From Iphione sp. A-MEVVRFRX5 (lineage: Eukaryota), in the NCBI GenBank assembly GCA_976226885.1, contig OZ320320.1, positions 24,118,001 to 24,182,000 of the forward strand: a stretch of 64,000 bases of DNA. Direction: 5' to 3'. The translations under genes were made by a program, and so were the position numbers. A model generated the notes under the pieces. The model had not been told where the DNA came from, ran no database searches, and was given only the letters and a program-made list of their open reading frames with translations. This document shows, one piece after another, positions 12,012 through 24,223 of this stretch. How positions within the stretch are numbered: position 1 is the first letter of the stretch; each line of letters begins with the position of its first letter.

Positions 12012-13539
12012 GTATGTGTGCCATATGTGTGTGTGCTTCTGGTAAATCGAGTGTACTTTATAGCAATCCCTTCTGTTTAGGTAAAAACTATAGGTCACAT
12101 ACACGGCTGTAACCTGGTACTGAATTCACGAATTGTTTGATTAAGTAGACGACGACTGGCCACTTGTATATTCTACCGGTGCCGGCTTCTGCACGACTGC
12201 GGAGTACGGTATTTAATGCTTGATAGGCAGTTTCCAAAACAAACTACTTCCCTCCCCCGATGGCTAGGTAGATTTATAAGTCTTCCAACATCTTTAGACG
12301 TTCTCTAGTTGGTTTGTTATAAGTGTTGTGGCATTAAGTCTAAGACTGGTTTGTTATAAGTTATGTGATTTCTCTTGCCTCTCAGCGGCTGGTTTAAATT
12401 CTTGTAACTTCTCTCAGATCTCTAACAATGGTTTGGTTTAAGTCCTGCGATTCTTCTTCACTCTCTAAGGCTGGTTTGTTTACTGGTTTGTTAAGGCTTG
12501 AAATGTTTCGATCCCAGTGCCCAGATTATTGATAGCCTTTTGGCATCTCTCAGCTAAGTATGGCTTGTTTGTTGTAAGCCATATGACATACAAGTGTCTC
12601 AGTTTCCTTTGGTTGGTTTGTTGTAATTCTTGTGGAACCTTTCAGCTCTCCGTGGCTGAGTTGTTTTAAGTTTTATGATTGTTTCTGTTGCTTTCTGTTG
12701 CTGAATTATTATCAGATATATACTTTAATTCTACTGCTGTACACTAGGTGTCTCTCTGAGATGTGTAGCATGTGGTCAACTCCACGCAGACCTGTGCAGT
12801 TTGTTCATTGCTATCGACCCATTCAGACATGTCGTTTGTGGATTTCGTATTGTTGAGTTTTTCAATTCTTTGGCAATTGTTTAAGTTAACCTCTGTCCAG
12901 TGTGAAAACGCCTTGAGTCGTATATCAGTGTCTCTCATCTTTCTGTGGCCGAGTTGTTACAAGCCTTGTGATGTCTCTCAGTTTCGTGGCTGCGCTGTTA
13001 TTAACCTTGTGATGTCTCAGCTATCTGTCACTGTGGCTGGTTTGCTATAATAAGTCTTGTAACAGTATAGGACTGGTTGGCCATGTGTTGCATCATAAAG
13101 ATGCATGTATGAAGTTTTCCCACTGTCCAGTACCTAAGGACTCGTATATGATGAATTACACACCTATCCCTAGATGCCATACAGACCTATCCAGCCGATG
13201 GAAAACCCAAGGTCCAGTCTATCAATGAACCACACCCCCTGCGCTTGTTAACAAGTTATACACACCGATCCCGTTGTTAACTGCGGTGCACATGATGTCA
13301 GTCGAATACAGTAAGTATCGGTAGAGTAGGAGCAAAACCACGGGGTGAAATGCCTGAGCGTAGTCCAGTGATGTCATCTCATCCCTGGACAAATAGGAAC
13401 CGATCAGCAACTATTCGCTCGGACGATCGGGGACTCTTTGAGCAAACACCCTCGACTGTCTTATTCCGCTTCAGCACAAATGTTGCTCATTGGTTGTGCT
13501 CGACTTGTTTTGGAATGTCCTGTGTGCAAGTGTGACATT

Positions 13540-13870
13540 GTCTCTGTGTTTCCCTCCTTCCAGACTTCTTTAGCTTTATGTTTGCTGTCCGTACCTCTCC
13601 TAGACTATTCATTTATTGATATTGTTCTTGTGCTTCCCTCCCTCCTGACTTGATTGGCTTATGTTTGCATTCCGTACCTCTCCTAGACTATTCAGTACCT
13701 GATGTTTTTTTCTGTGTTTCCCTCCCTCCTGACTTGATTGGTTTTCTTTTGCCGTCCGTATCTCTCCTACACTATTCAATATATGACTTTGCTCCTGTGT
13801 TTCAATCCCCCCTGACTAGGTTGACTGACAGTCGCTCTCAATACCTTTCCAAGACTATTCAATCCGTGGC
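13540..13870. repeat. Degenerate ~83-bp tandem repeat, 4 copies
   Basis: actattca anchors at 13604, 13687, 13771 and 13854. Confidence 0.75.
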
Positions 13871-14199
13871 ATCGTTTCTGCGTTTCCCTCTAACCTGACT
13901 CGATTGGCTAACATTCGCTATCCATATTCAGTACAATACACCACATCCGGTAGGTACCTCTCTCGAATGACATTTTCAGACTGGCCTGCTGTGCTCTGCA
14001 CGTTTCCGCTCTATCGATTATGTAGGTCGCATGATACACAAAACAGTCCTTTTTTTATTTTGTCTTTAATTATCTTGCATTCTTGATTTTCCCCTCCCTT
14101 ATTTATAAAGCTGAAATCGGTTGAGGCAGCATGACCTTGAAGTATGACTTGCATGAGGCTGCCTTTAATTATACATTCACGGTTGCAGCTCTACTTTCA

Positions 14200-14520
14200 G
14201 ACCGGATCATGTGTCCAGTGCATGCTTCAGCCCTCGCTTGTAACATGGATCACATAGCATATACAGGTTGTTAATACGTACCTGGACCCTATAGATGCCT
14301 CACAGACATCAGAAATGCACTTCCATGAATCACCTACTCTATACCAACTGGACATGTAACATGAATCACAGGTCATATACAGACTGTAAACAGATATGAT
14401 AATTCTCTGGGTGCCTCACAGACATGACATATATGGCACACATGAGTCACACCTACTTTATTCGGACCGTACACCTAACATGAATCACATGCCATATACA
14501 GGTTGCCAACACATACTAGG
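14200..14520. repeat. Degenerate ~118-bp tandem repeat, about 3 copies
   Basis: aacatg(g/a)atcaca..catatacag recurs near 14242, 14358 and 14477. Confidence 0.6.
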
Positions 14521-15353
14521 GCTCTGTATGTGCTCTACCCCCATCACAAGTACTCATACATGTACATGTACTTGATACAGACTATAAATACACACCATTT
14601 TACACAACTGTCCATATCATCCATCCCATATTATCATCTGTGTTATCCCTAAAGACAATCTTCTAGTTTCATAGAGAAAGAAGGAGCACACTGTACAGGC
14701 CTGTTTGGATTATCAGAAGAGAATTCTTGCGTGACATTCTACGTGTGAGATCTTGTTGTGCACCAGCTGTATTTAACCTTTATGCTTCATTTATATGTTT
14801 GCAATATAATCGACAAAGCTTAACGAACAGAACGTGAGAGAAGTCGACTTATTACTGGGCAATTTAACGGCACTTCACAAAGATAAGTCACCTTTGTGCA
14901 CAAAGATAAATCACCTTTGTGCAGTTAAGTGGGGGATAATTGCGTATCAGGACGTAGAAGATAATGTTGCTGAGACGTGGTGAAAAGCTAGTGGGCAACT
15001 AACAGTGCCGCATGTATCCTCGATGAAAAGTGGAGCTGAAGTAATGGGTTACGACCCATGCCCCTTTACTTGACTAATAACCAACGTAACCCTTGCAGCA
15101 CGCGAGCTAGCCCTCGAGTAACCCCCGGCCAGCAGACACGAAATGTCACCCTCTCCACTAGAGGGGGGGGAGGGGGCGTCGTCCATATACTTGGATTGCA
15201 GCCTTCCTGCTCCATAGGAAGGGTTAGTTTTTCAGCAGGTCAAACTTTCTAGTCGTGTCTCTGTCAGTCTGTCTGTCTGTCTATCTGTCTGGCTGCCTGC
15301 CTGTCTTGTTTTTGTCTCCCACTTCCGTCTCTATCCTCTCTTTCTCTCTCACC

Positions 15354-15395
<42 letters not shown>

Positions 15396-15427
15396 ACTCT
15401 CTCTCTGTCTCTTTCTGCCCCCCCCAG

Positions 15428-15444
15428 GTATGCTTGCCATACTG
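15428..15444 (+). other. 17-nt exon-like unit with back-to-back AG|GT (recursive-splice-type exon)
   Basis: Long (ct/ctgt) pyrimidine tract, then cccccag|GTATGCttgccatactg|GTAAGT. Confidence 0.5.
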
Positions 15445-17439
15445 GTAAGTATGACTGCATGGCATAATCCCTGTGTAAAACAGGAGCACCTTTCTTTCTT
15501 CCTGACGCACATAAAGCGGACAGATTGTGGACCATGTTACTTAATACATGCCGGCTGTGTGGCAGATTATGGCCATTTTAATAGCAATAGGTTGGCTGCT
15601 AACAATTTTAGTTTGTTATTCAAAATGTACCACCACAGTCTCCTACATCGGCACCCTATCCACTGTAGAACTGAGGACAGTTCAGTTAAGCTCAGGTTTA
15701 GCGGGCATGTCGTGAATAGTATTAGTACTGTAAACATAGGTCAACTGCTTTTATGAATTTTGTTTGGATTTTTGTTTGATAGTTTTTAATATACGGTTTT
15801 TGTCAGCGGGTATGATTGAGATCACGTGCTCGTGGATGATATCGTGAGTAACGAATTTTATCACATCATGAGGCTACACTTTGAACCCTGGATGGGATGA
15901 ACTACTGTCCACTTCCAATCTGATATTCTGTTGATTAGGGGACAGACAGACAGACAGACAGACGGCATACAGAGAGAAACAGGAGAGATGGACATAGAGA
16001 GACAGACGGACAGATTGAAAATCAAACATGCTGTTTGACAAAGCGCACAGTTCTGTACAGAAATCCTCATCAGCTAAAGAGCTTTGTGTGTTTGCCTTTT
16101 CGTGTGTGTGTACGTGGATGCACTTGCGTGTATGAGTGCGTCTACTAAAGTGTCAACATTTCCAATAGTTTTGAAATATTACATTTTCCATCATATGCGA
16201 CATGATAAGAGTTAGCAATATAGAAAGGAAGACATTCAAAGAATGTCCTGTAATGAAGTAGGNNNNNNNNNNNNNNNNNNNNNNNNNNNNNNNNNNNNNN
16301 NNNNNNNNNNNNNNNNNNNNNNNNNNNNNNNNNNNNNNNNNNNNNNNNNNNNNNNNNNNNNNNNNNNNNNNNNNNNNNNNNNNNNNNNNNNNNNNNNNGA
16401 CTATCAGGCAGTGATAATGTGAATAGACAAGGAGTGCACAGTGTTTAAACAAGATAAGTAAGGTTGTACCTAAATAAATCACCGAGTGTCATCAGACAGT
16501 TATATCAGTTGTTCTGGTGTCATATAATAACAAATGTCGCAGTGTCAATGAGCGATGTTCGTGCTGTTATTGGTTTTCAAGTGGGTCGTTACATCATGTG
16601 AATGGCCCTTAAATGGAGCGGAGACACAGACNNNNNNNNNNNNNNNNNNNNNNNNNNNNNNNNNNNNNNNNNNNNNNNNNNNNNNNNNNNNNNNNNNNNN
16701 NNNNNNNNNNNNNNNNNNNNNNNNNNNNNNNNNNNNNNNNNNNNNNNNNNNNNNNNNNNNNNNNNNNNNNNNNNNNNNNNNNNNNNNGCAATGTGAAGGA
16801 CCACATCAGTAGGCATATTAGAGACAGGGACAGACAAACAGACAGATAGACAGACACCGAGCCTGCCCTGGGACGGCAGTGCGAAGGACCATATCTCAGT
16901 AGGTGTGTTTGATTGATCCTCTCACAACAATTCTAATGAGGTCATATGGTTGGGAAGGCAGGTTAGCTGAGATCAGATTTGCTTTTCCTGTGGCTGCCTG
17001 CCTGCGGCATATTTATGATCTGTTTAGGAGGTTGTTAACGCCATACTGTGTCAACACGGTCCTGAGTAATCAAATATAGAGTACGGGTAACCCTTGTGGG
17101 AAACGTGATGGATTGACGTTAGCTCCTGGATCAGCCGTCAGATCATACATCGGACCTATAAGTGCAGCAGAAATATTTCCAGACTAACCCACCGAGGAGA
17201 CGAACCCCACACAGGAGACTGACCCACCCGGAAGACCAACCTGTATATTATACCAACCACACATAGGAGACCACACAAGTGACTACTTAAGAGACCACCC
17301 CTCGAAGGAGACCAACTACACATAAGTGACAAACCCACATATAAGAGACCACCCCACTTTGGAAGCGAACCACACACAGGAGAGAAAAACCATACACAGG
17401 AGACTATAGCTCTTCCATGAAGATCCAAGATCTTGAAAA

Positions 17440-17760
17440 ACTGGCCATGTTTCTTCAGTTGAGGTCTGTACCTTTGAGGTTGTAGTTTGTAATACATGTA
17501 TAAACTCCCGGATAGGAAATGCTACGAATTTGCTTGAAACGGCTTTTTTTAACGGTCGGTATTCGTTTCTCCTGGGTGGGTTTGGGTATTGGATACGGTC
17601 ATGTTCGTTTTGATTTGTAGTAGTCTAGAACACTTCCTCTGGAAGAGTGTTGCATGTTGTTCCTGTTTTAATAAAGGGACTGTTCTGGGTAAGCCTGGAG
17701 TCACTAGCCCTTTCTTCCAGCATTACATCCTCTGGAAGTCAGTTTAACCTTAATTTGAAT
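17440..17760 (-). mobile_element. LINE 3'-end remnant
   Basis: Minus strand QNSPFIKTGTTCNTLPEEVF (about 17687-17627) resembles the CR1/L2 C-terminal motif NSFF.RT..WN.LP..V. Confidence 0.4.
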
Positions 17761-18341
17761 TGTGCTTTTTAAAACTACAACTGTACAACTGTCCTGCCGT
17801 ATTTATTATATAGATTTGGCTATGGTCACTATATGTACATATTACCTACATTTACAAGAAAACTATTGTTTTCAAAACTTTTTCTCTCTATCAGATGATG
17901 TATGGTTTTAGAAAAATGTCCTATCAGCCTTGCTGATATAATTAATGTATACGTGTGTTCGCACTACATTTGGAAAAATGCCACACTCCGCTCTGCATCT
18001 CCAAAGCTGCACTTGTGGATGATTGCGTTACACAAACAACCCTTTAAAGACAGTAACTTTAGGGGCAAACCGAAATTAACTAGGCCCAAGTTTGACTGAG
18101 GGTCTCTACTGTATGATCAGGTATTACTTGTGTAACCCCTTTTAGGAATTTTGAATGCTTAAGCTTAGTTTCTTCTCCTCTTATTCACCTGCCTTCAGCT
18201 TCAGGGTTCGGCTCTTTCGCTTGTCTCTCTTTCATTGTCTGTCTGTATTATGTGTTTCACCCTTCTTCTCATTCTGTCCCTTCTATAGCTCTTCTGTCTG
18301 TCTGTCCGTCTCTCTGTTCGCTGTCTTTTTGTCTGGCACTG

Positions 18342-18400
<59 letters not shown>
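18342..18400. repeat. (TCTA)n microsatellite
   Basis: Pure tetranucleotide run. Confidence 0.95.
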
Positions 18401-19199
18401 CGTTACAATCCTCAGTTTTCCTGCCTTGTTCTTTCCCTCTTTCTCTGTGACTCGCACCTCCTTCTCTGACCATCTCATCCTTGTCTCTTTTATCTGCCCC
18501 TCTCCATCTCTACTTCCTTAGTTCCTAGCTCTCCTTCTCCATCCGTCTCATTCTCTCTCTCTCTGGCTCGTGTTTGTGTTGGCTTCCCTCTCACTCCCCC
18601 TCGATCTCCTCACTTGCTTGCCTTTGACACCTCCGCGATGCCGGTACCATCTAAAACCCACTTGTCTGCCTGTTTTCTCGTTCATGCGAACTCCACTCTT
18701 GCCTCACCTTCTCTAGTTATTCCTGCTTCCCGTGATGAGCGCGGTAGGGGGCGCTCATCAGACTTCAAGATGCCCACCAGATGTCGCCACGTTCACATTA
18801 TCTCATCTTATGATGCGGTATGCACCTATACCACATGTTTTCTGTGTACGCTCGGGTCATGGAGGGGCCATCCATCCACATACATTCATAAACATATATG
18901 TATTTACGTACATACATACATGTGCATACATATATACATGCAATGCATATATATACCTGCATATAAACATACATATACAGACAGACATTGCATGCATACA
19001 TACATGTCTACCACTTGCTGCCTTCGTATACCTGGGTCATGGAGGGGTCGTCCATCTAAAGACAGGTCATCTAGCTAGTGTGATCAGACTATTAAAAATT
19101 CATATCGATGCAGGACCCGGATAATTTCAGGATATACCAGACATTACATTATTATTGTGACACAGCATAAATATGTTCGAGTTTGCACAAAAATCCCCG

Positions 19200-19560
19200 G
19201 AATCGTGTTTTTACATGTGGGTAGGATTGAGACTGATCTCCTTGTGGGTGAAGCGAGCCCTGATGGTCCGGATCCATTTGATTTTTTTTAGAAAAAGTTC
19301 CTTCACAACTTATATGCAAATAGTTGGAAATGTTTGATTATGTGTAGGAGGAAATTGTTCATACCAATTCCAGTATCCTTGATGTACTTATTGTTCAATG
19401 TGAAGTAGTGTTGTCCAGAGTTTATCGAGGATACGGGTGCAGACAAGTGAGGGCGTTTCCCTAGATTGTCTTAAGTAATGTTGAATATATAACCTCCTAT
19501 TAACAGCCTCAATATCATTGTTTCGTTCATTGAGAAGTACTGGTACTTGTCCTGTCCAGA
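19200..19560 (-). mobile_element. Possible Penelope-like RT remnant
   Basis: Minus strand QHYFTLNNKYIKDTGIGM (19413-19360) resembles the NYF.FN.K.Y.Q..G..MG motif; otherwise highly decayed. Confidence 0.3.
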
Positions 19561-20348
19561 ATTGAATTCATTGAGGACAGTGGTTTAGACTGGTGCTCAG
19601 TGACAGTGACAGCATTCCTCTTTCCCTCTTGGTCATCAGCTACCCACCACGTGCGCCTTAGTGGATCTATTGTATTTGCCCTCATTAAGAACCACTTAAA
19701 CTCTTATTTAAAACTATTCACGATATGCTCTGTCCTCTGCTTCACTGCACAACCGTTAGTGTAGGCATACAGGCAACAGGAGGCAAGGTTGGTTCGGTGA
19801 ACGCTTTAAAAAGTTGATTAAACAACAGTCCACAGCTAGGTAGCCACGGGGTACACCACAGTAGCAAATATTGACCAACAAGCAGCCATGTCCGACAGTC
19901 GGGATCAATTAGAGCCCACCACTCCCTGTTTATTCACGTCCCAATCCTGACCGGCGGCGAGCTGGTCCCCAGCCGCATCTGCAGGACATTGGCTGAGGAT
20001 CGATGGTAACTAGCAGGAGTGGAGGCCGGGGTACCAGCTGTTCCACCGTTTGTCCGTGATTCTACGTGGCTTTGTTAACAACCAACAAGTGCTTGAAACG
20101 AGCTGGTCATGTGACTCGCTACACGTGGGGGTCTGCTGGGAAGGGGTTTTTATTTTTATAGCGGAAAGACTGCCACATGTTAACGTGCGGTTGTTGCAAG
20201 CCGTTCTACGTGTTTCCTCGGCTCATTTACAACTCGCAGCCCGCTCAATAGTAACCGTTATTCATACGCTTTGTATGTCCAGTCAGGTACGTTGAACGCA
20301 TATTCCGCCTTTTCCTATAACAACCGCTACTGTTAGTTACTAACACCA

Positions 20349-20571
20349 CAGGGGGAGTCACCTATTCTGGTGAAGCGTTATTTGGTGATCTAAATTCTTG
20401 GTGAAGCGTTATTTGTCTTTCAAATTCAAGGTGAAGCGTTATGAGACCTTTACTGGTGAAGCGCTATCAAAGAATCAATTCTTGGTGAAGCGTTATCTGT
20501 TCCATCTTTGAGCGTTATAGCTGATTTTTATTCTTGGTGAAGCGTTATTCAGTACCCCCCGACCCCCCCTG
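20349..20571. mobile_element. hAT-type MITE (223 bp) with an internal motif array
   Basis: TIRs cagggggagtc / gaccccccctg match at 10/11. Flanking 8-mers taacacca (20341-20348) and taacacct (20572-20579) match at 7/8, consistent with a TSD. Six GGTGAAGCG(T/C)TA cores inside. Confidence 0.7.
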
Positions 20572-20889
20572 TAACACCTATGAAGGGGCTATGAAGCTAC
20601 CATGTTTCAGATGTAAATCTTTCTGGCCAGTGTATTTGAAACGCACTGAAACATCTCGACAAAGTGCCCCCCTACACTGAAATGGGTGGAAATAAAACGC
20701 TGGATTTGATCTGTACAGACGCAGATATGTGACACTGTTATATCTGTTAGAAACACACAGTAAGAATAATTGTTGGTTGGAAATAAGTCTGCAATTGTAG
20801 AAATACTTTGGACACATGAGAGGATTAACAATATTTGTATTGGTGTTATTTCAATGTGTGTGTATTGCCCTGCTTATATAAGATTAACT

Positions 20890-22900
20890 CTCAGAGACAC
20901 AATTACCAGTCCTATGGACAGGCATATCCCAAGTAAGTGGACAAAGGGACGTACCAACATGCCATGGTTAACCCCTGGCATCAGACGCAAAATGAAAAAA
21001 AGACAGAGATACTACCAGCATGCTAAGAAAACCAAAAAAGAAGGTGACTGGACCAGGTTCAAAACACATAGGAACTCAGTTAGGAGGGAGCTTAGCTAGG
21101 CCTATGATGGCTGTGTCCCAGGCATTCTCCACGCAGATAATCTGAAGTCTGTCCCTAAAAGGTTCTAGTTATTTATTGCCTCTAGGAAGAAGGACCAAAC
21201 CAGTATACCACCCCTACTAACACCAGACAGGGACCTGGCATGTGACAGCAAAGCAAAGGCTAACCTCCTCAATGCATAGTACAAGGTGTATTTACAAGAG
21301 AGGCCCTCTCCCAATCCCCCTATGAGAAGGATAACAATTGAAGTGCCAAGGATCCTAGAGCTACTCAAGGATCTTAACCCAGGAAAGGCAACTGGACTGA
21401 ACCAGATACAAGTCAAAATCATGAAAGCCTTTGCAGATGAATTGGCCCTCATCCTAACTGCGATTTTCAACCAGTTTCTAAAATCAGGAGAGCTGTCAGC
21501 CGACTGGCTAACTACTAATGTGTCAGCCATCAATAAAAAAGGAGACAAGTCATGAGCTGCAAATTACCATCCTGTTTCCATGATATCAGGGTCATGTAAG
21601 CTGATGGAGCATGTAATCTTTAAAGCCATTATGGAACATGTCGAGAGGCACAGAATACTAAAGAAGTACCAACATGGCTTCCTGAAATATCACTCCTGTA
21701 TCACACAACTACATGTACTTAATACTATTGAGACCCTGCGACGACATCTTCACATGAGGGGCGAGACCCAACTAGATATCCAGCTCCTTGACTTTAGTAA
21801 GGCCTTTGACACTGTTGCTCACCAAAGGCTGATGCTGAAGCTTGACTACTATGGAATCCATGGAGGCACACTGCAGTGGATCAGTCTATGGGTAACCCAG
21901 CAGTCCCAGTCAGTAGTAGTCGATGGAGACAAATCAAACCCGGTGAGTCAGTAGTAGTCAATGGGGACAAATCAAACCCGGTGACTGTCTGCAGGAGTGC
22001 CACGGGGCATTGTTCTTGGTCCACTTATGTTTCTGCTTTATATCAGTGACATAGCAGAGAACCTTGACCATGGGACATCCGTCAAACCATTTGCCAATGA
22101 CTGCCTACTGTTCCTGCCAATACAAAATGCAGAAGATCAACAGTAGTTGCAAAGAGACCTGGACACCATGGTGCAGTGGGCTAATCACTAGCAAATGAGC
22201 TTTAATCCTGCCATGTGCCACACCATGCACATGTCATGCAACAGAGCCACCCTGAGCTTCACTTATCAAATGCATGGAACTAACCTAACATCAGTAGACC
22301 ACCACCCCTACTTGGATATAGAATTCAGCAAAGACCTTAGCTGGTCACTGCACATCCAGCAACCATCTGCCAAGCCAATAAGACCTTGGCTTGTTGCAAA
22401 GAAACATGTCACGATGTTGTACTGAAGTTAAGGCAGCTGCATATAAGACCTTAATTAGACCGAAGCTGGAGTATGTGGCAGCCGTATTGGGATGTTGATG
22501 TTGATTTTTGTGGGTTGTGGTTGTGATGACCATGGGGCCTTGTCGGTTAACCAGCCCAATTCTGGAAATTGTGAACAGCACATGACGAGTATCAAGGTGG
22601 AAGTCACTCACCCCCGAGGGGTACAGTGGTCTGGGATAACCACCAGTGTGCTGTCACGTAGGCCACCGACAAGTCAGTGGGTGGGACCAAAGTCCCAAGA
22701 CAGGGGTCACTCAGTCCGTCAGGAAACATTGAGGATGGCTGGCTCGATCTAAACGGCACCACAAATGGCGAGTGTTCAGGGTTCCCTCCACACTCGCCTA
22801 ACAAATGTGGAAAGTACCTCCCAACACAGTTCACTAACACCCCTCACTCCAAGGTTACAGCAGTTGGGGCAACCACCAGTGCAAGTCAGTACTGTATGTA
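20890..22900 (+). mobile_element. 5'-truncated, inactivated CR1-like non-LTR retrotransposon (LINE), reverse transcriptase region
   Basis: Motifs PWLTPGI, LNPGKATG, NYHPVSM..GSCKLMEH, YQHGF, DFSKAFDTVAH, GIVLGPLMFLL, FANDC (FADD equivalent), AYKTLIRPKLEY. Multiple stops and frameshifts, plus a short internal duplication near 21905-21980. Confidence 0.9.
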
Positions 22901-24127
22901 GCAAGCCATGACAAGTATGTACATGTATACTCACTTGTATGTCACTTGCCCCCCAGTACCAGGGTTACAGTGGTTGGGCCTGTACATTTCCATTATAATA
23001 CAGCCCTCTCAGGGAACCGGTCAGAGCAAGAGATTCCAATAGACTGATCGTACGTAGCATAGCGACAGTGGGAGAGATGGCTAGCAATAAGGCATGGTTT
23101 ATACTTCAACTCCGACGGATCAATTCATTTATCTATAGGAGTCGACATGTCGAAACGTCATTATGGCATTGGCGACAGAACATAACTATGATATCAGTCT
23201 ACTGACCGATCGCTGCTGAGGGGTAGATTGTTAGAATATCGTCAAAATAACGCCACAGCTGCTTACATTTGCAGCCGGATAAGTAGTAGGTGTTACGCTA
23301 TGCCGTGATTGAGCGACAGTTCAAAGGTTGGTCACACGTAAAGATTCCTGCTGCATTATGTTTTGGATGCATTTGCCACCTTCGTCCGAAGTCCATGAGA
23401 AAGTTGAAGGTATTTGTTGTTCTCCACCTTTCCAACGGATTACGTCATGATCGTATATGATCGACAGCTATTCACAAGCCAATGAAAACATATATATGGA
23501 ATGACTGTAGCTATGCGTCTATCTACCAGTTTCCATTATTCTTTGTAGGAGGCAAACTCTGTCCAGTGTTGATGTGTATCAGTAGCGTTTGGGTCTGTCG
23601 ATTAGTCGACCTGAAGAAAAATGTTGCTGTCTCTCATGGGACTTTTACTCAGCAACAGCTGTCCATAAGAGCACACCCTAGGTATAAGAGAAAAATATTG
23701 AACATGACAGGAAAACTGTAGATCTGAGGTGCGCTCTGTTCACAACTTCACACTCAAAATCTTCGATTCAGAATAAATGTAATGTTTAACAGGTATATAT
23801 CACATCAAGTTTGGTCTACACCTTTGTGACAGAACTTCTTAGGGTGACATGGTTGGTCCCCGGAGTAAATATGTTTATAGAGATAGTGGCCCCTGTGATG
23901 TTTCAGTTTTGCTTCAGCAAGATATCTGCCCCAAACATAATGTTGGAGGTGTGAACCTGGAGACCACAGGCACCATGTGCACTTATGGTTTAGATTAAAT
24001 TTAACGTTGATTTTTTTCCTCTCTTCACATTTGCTTTTTCTATCCTCGTGATGTTCATTTTTGTCTTGTTTTGAGCGTTGAATTTTGTCTTGATGTAATT
24101 TTTTTTTTCATCTTCTCTTTACCACAG

Positions 24128-24223
24128 GAAAAGGTCTGGCGGTGACTCAGTCTCACACTCCAACGAGGACCTCCACCTGAGCAACTCGGAGCCTCTCTCA
24201 GGCAGTCACGCCCTCAACGACAG
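24128..24223 (+). CDS. GRAMD1B: GRAMD1 upstream exon (96 nt, phase 2-2): KRSGGDSVSHSNEDLHLSNSEPLSGSHALND
   Basis: Acceptor ttctctttaccacag| after a long pyrimidine tract; donor ag|gtgagt. Only one frame is open, and its phase matches the 40499 exon. No recognisable domain. Confidence 0.65.

Noticed and set aside
20369-20550. Constant cores with variable spacers resembling a mini-CRISPR
   Set aside because: Cores are only about 12-15 nt and spacers about 12-18 nt, enclosed by TIRs and a TSD. A MITE explains it better.
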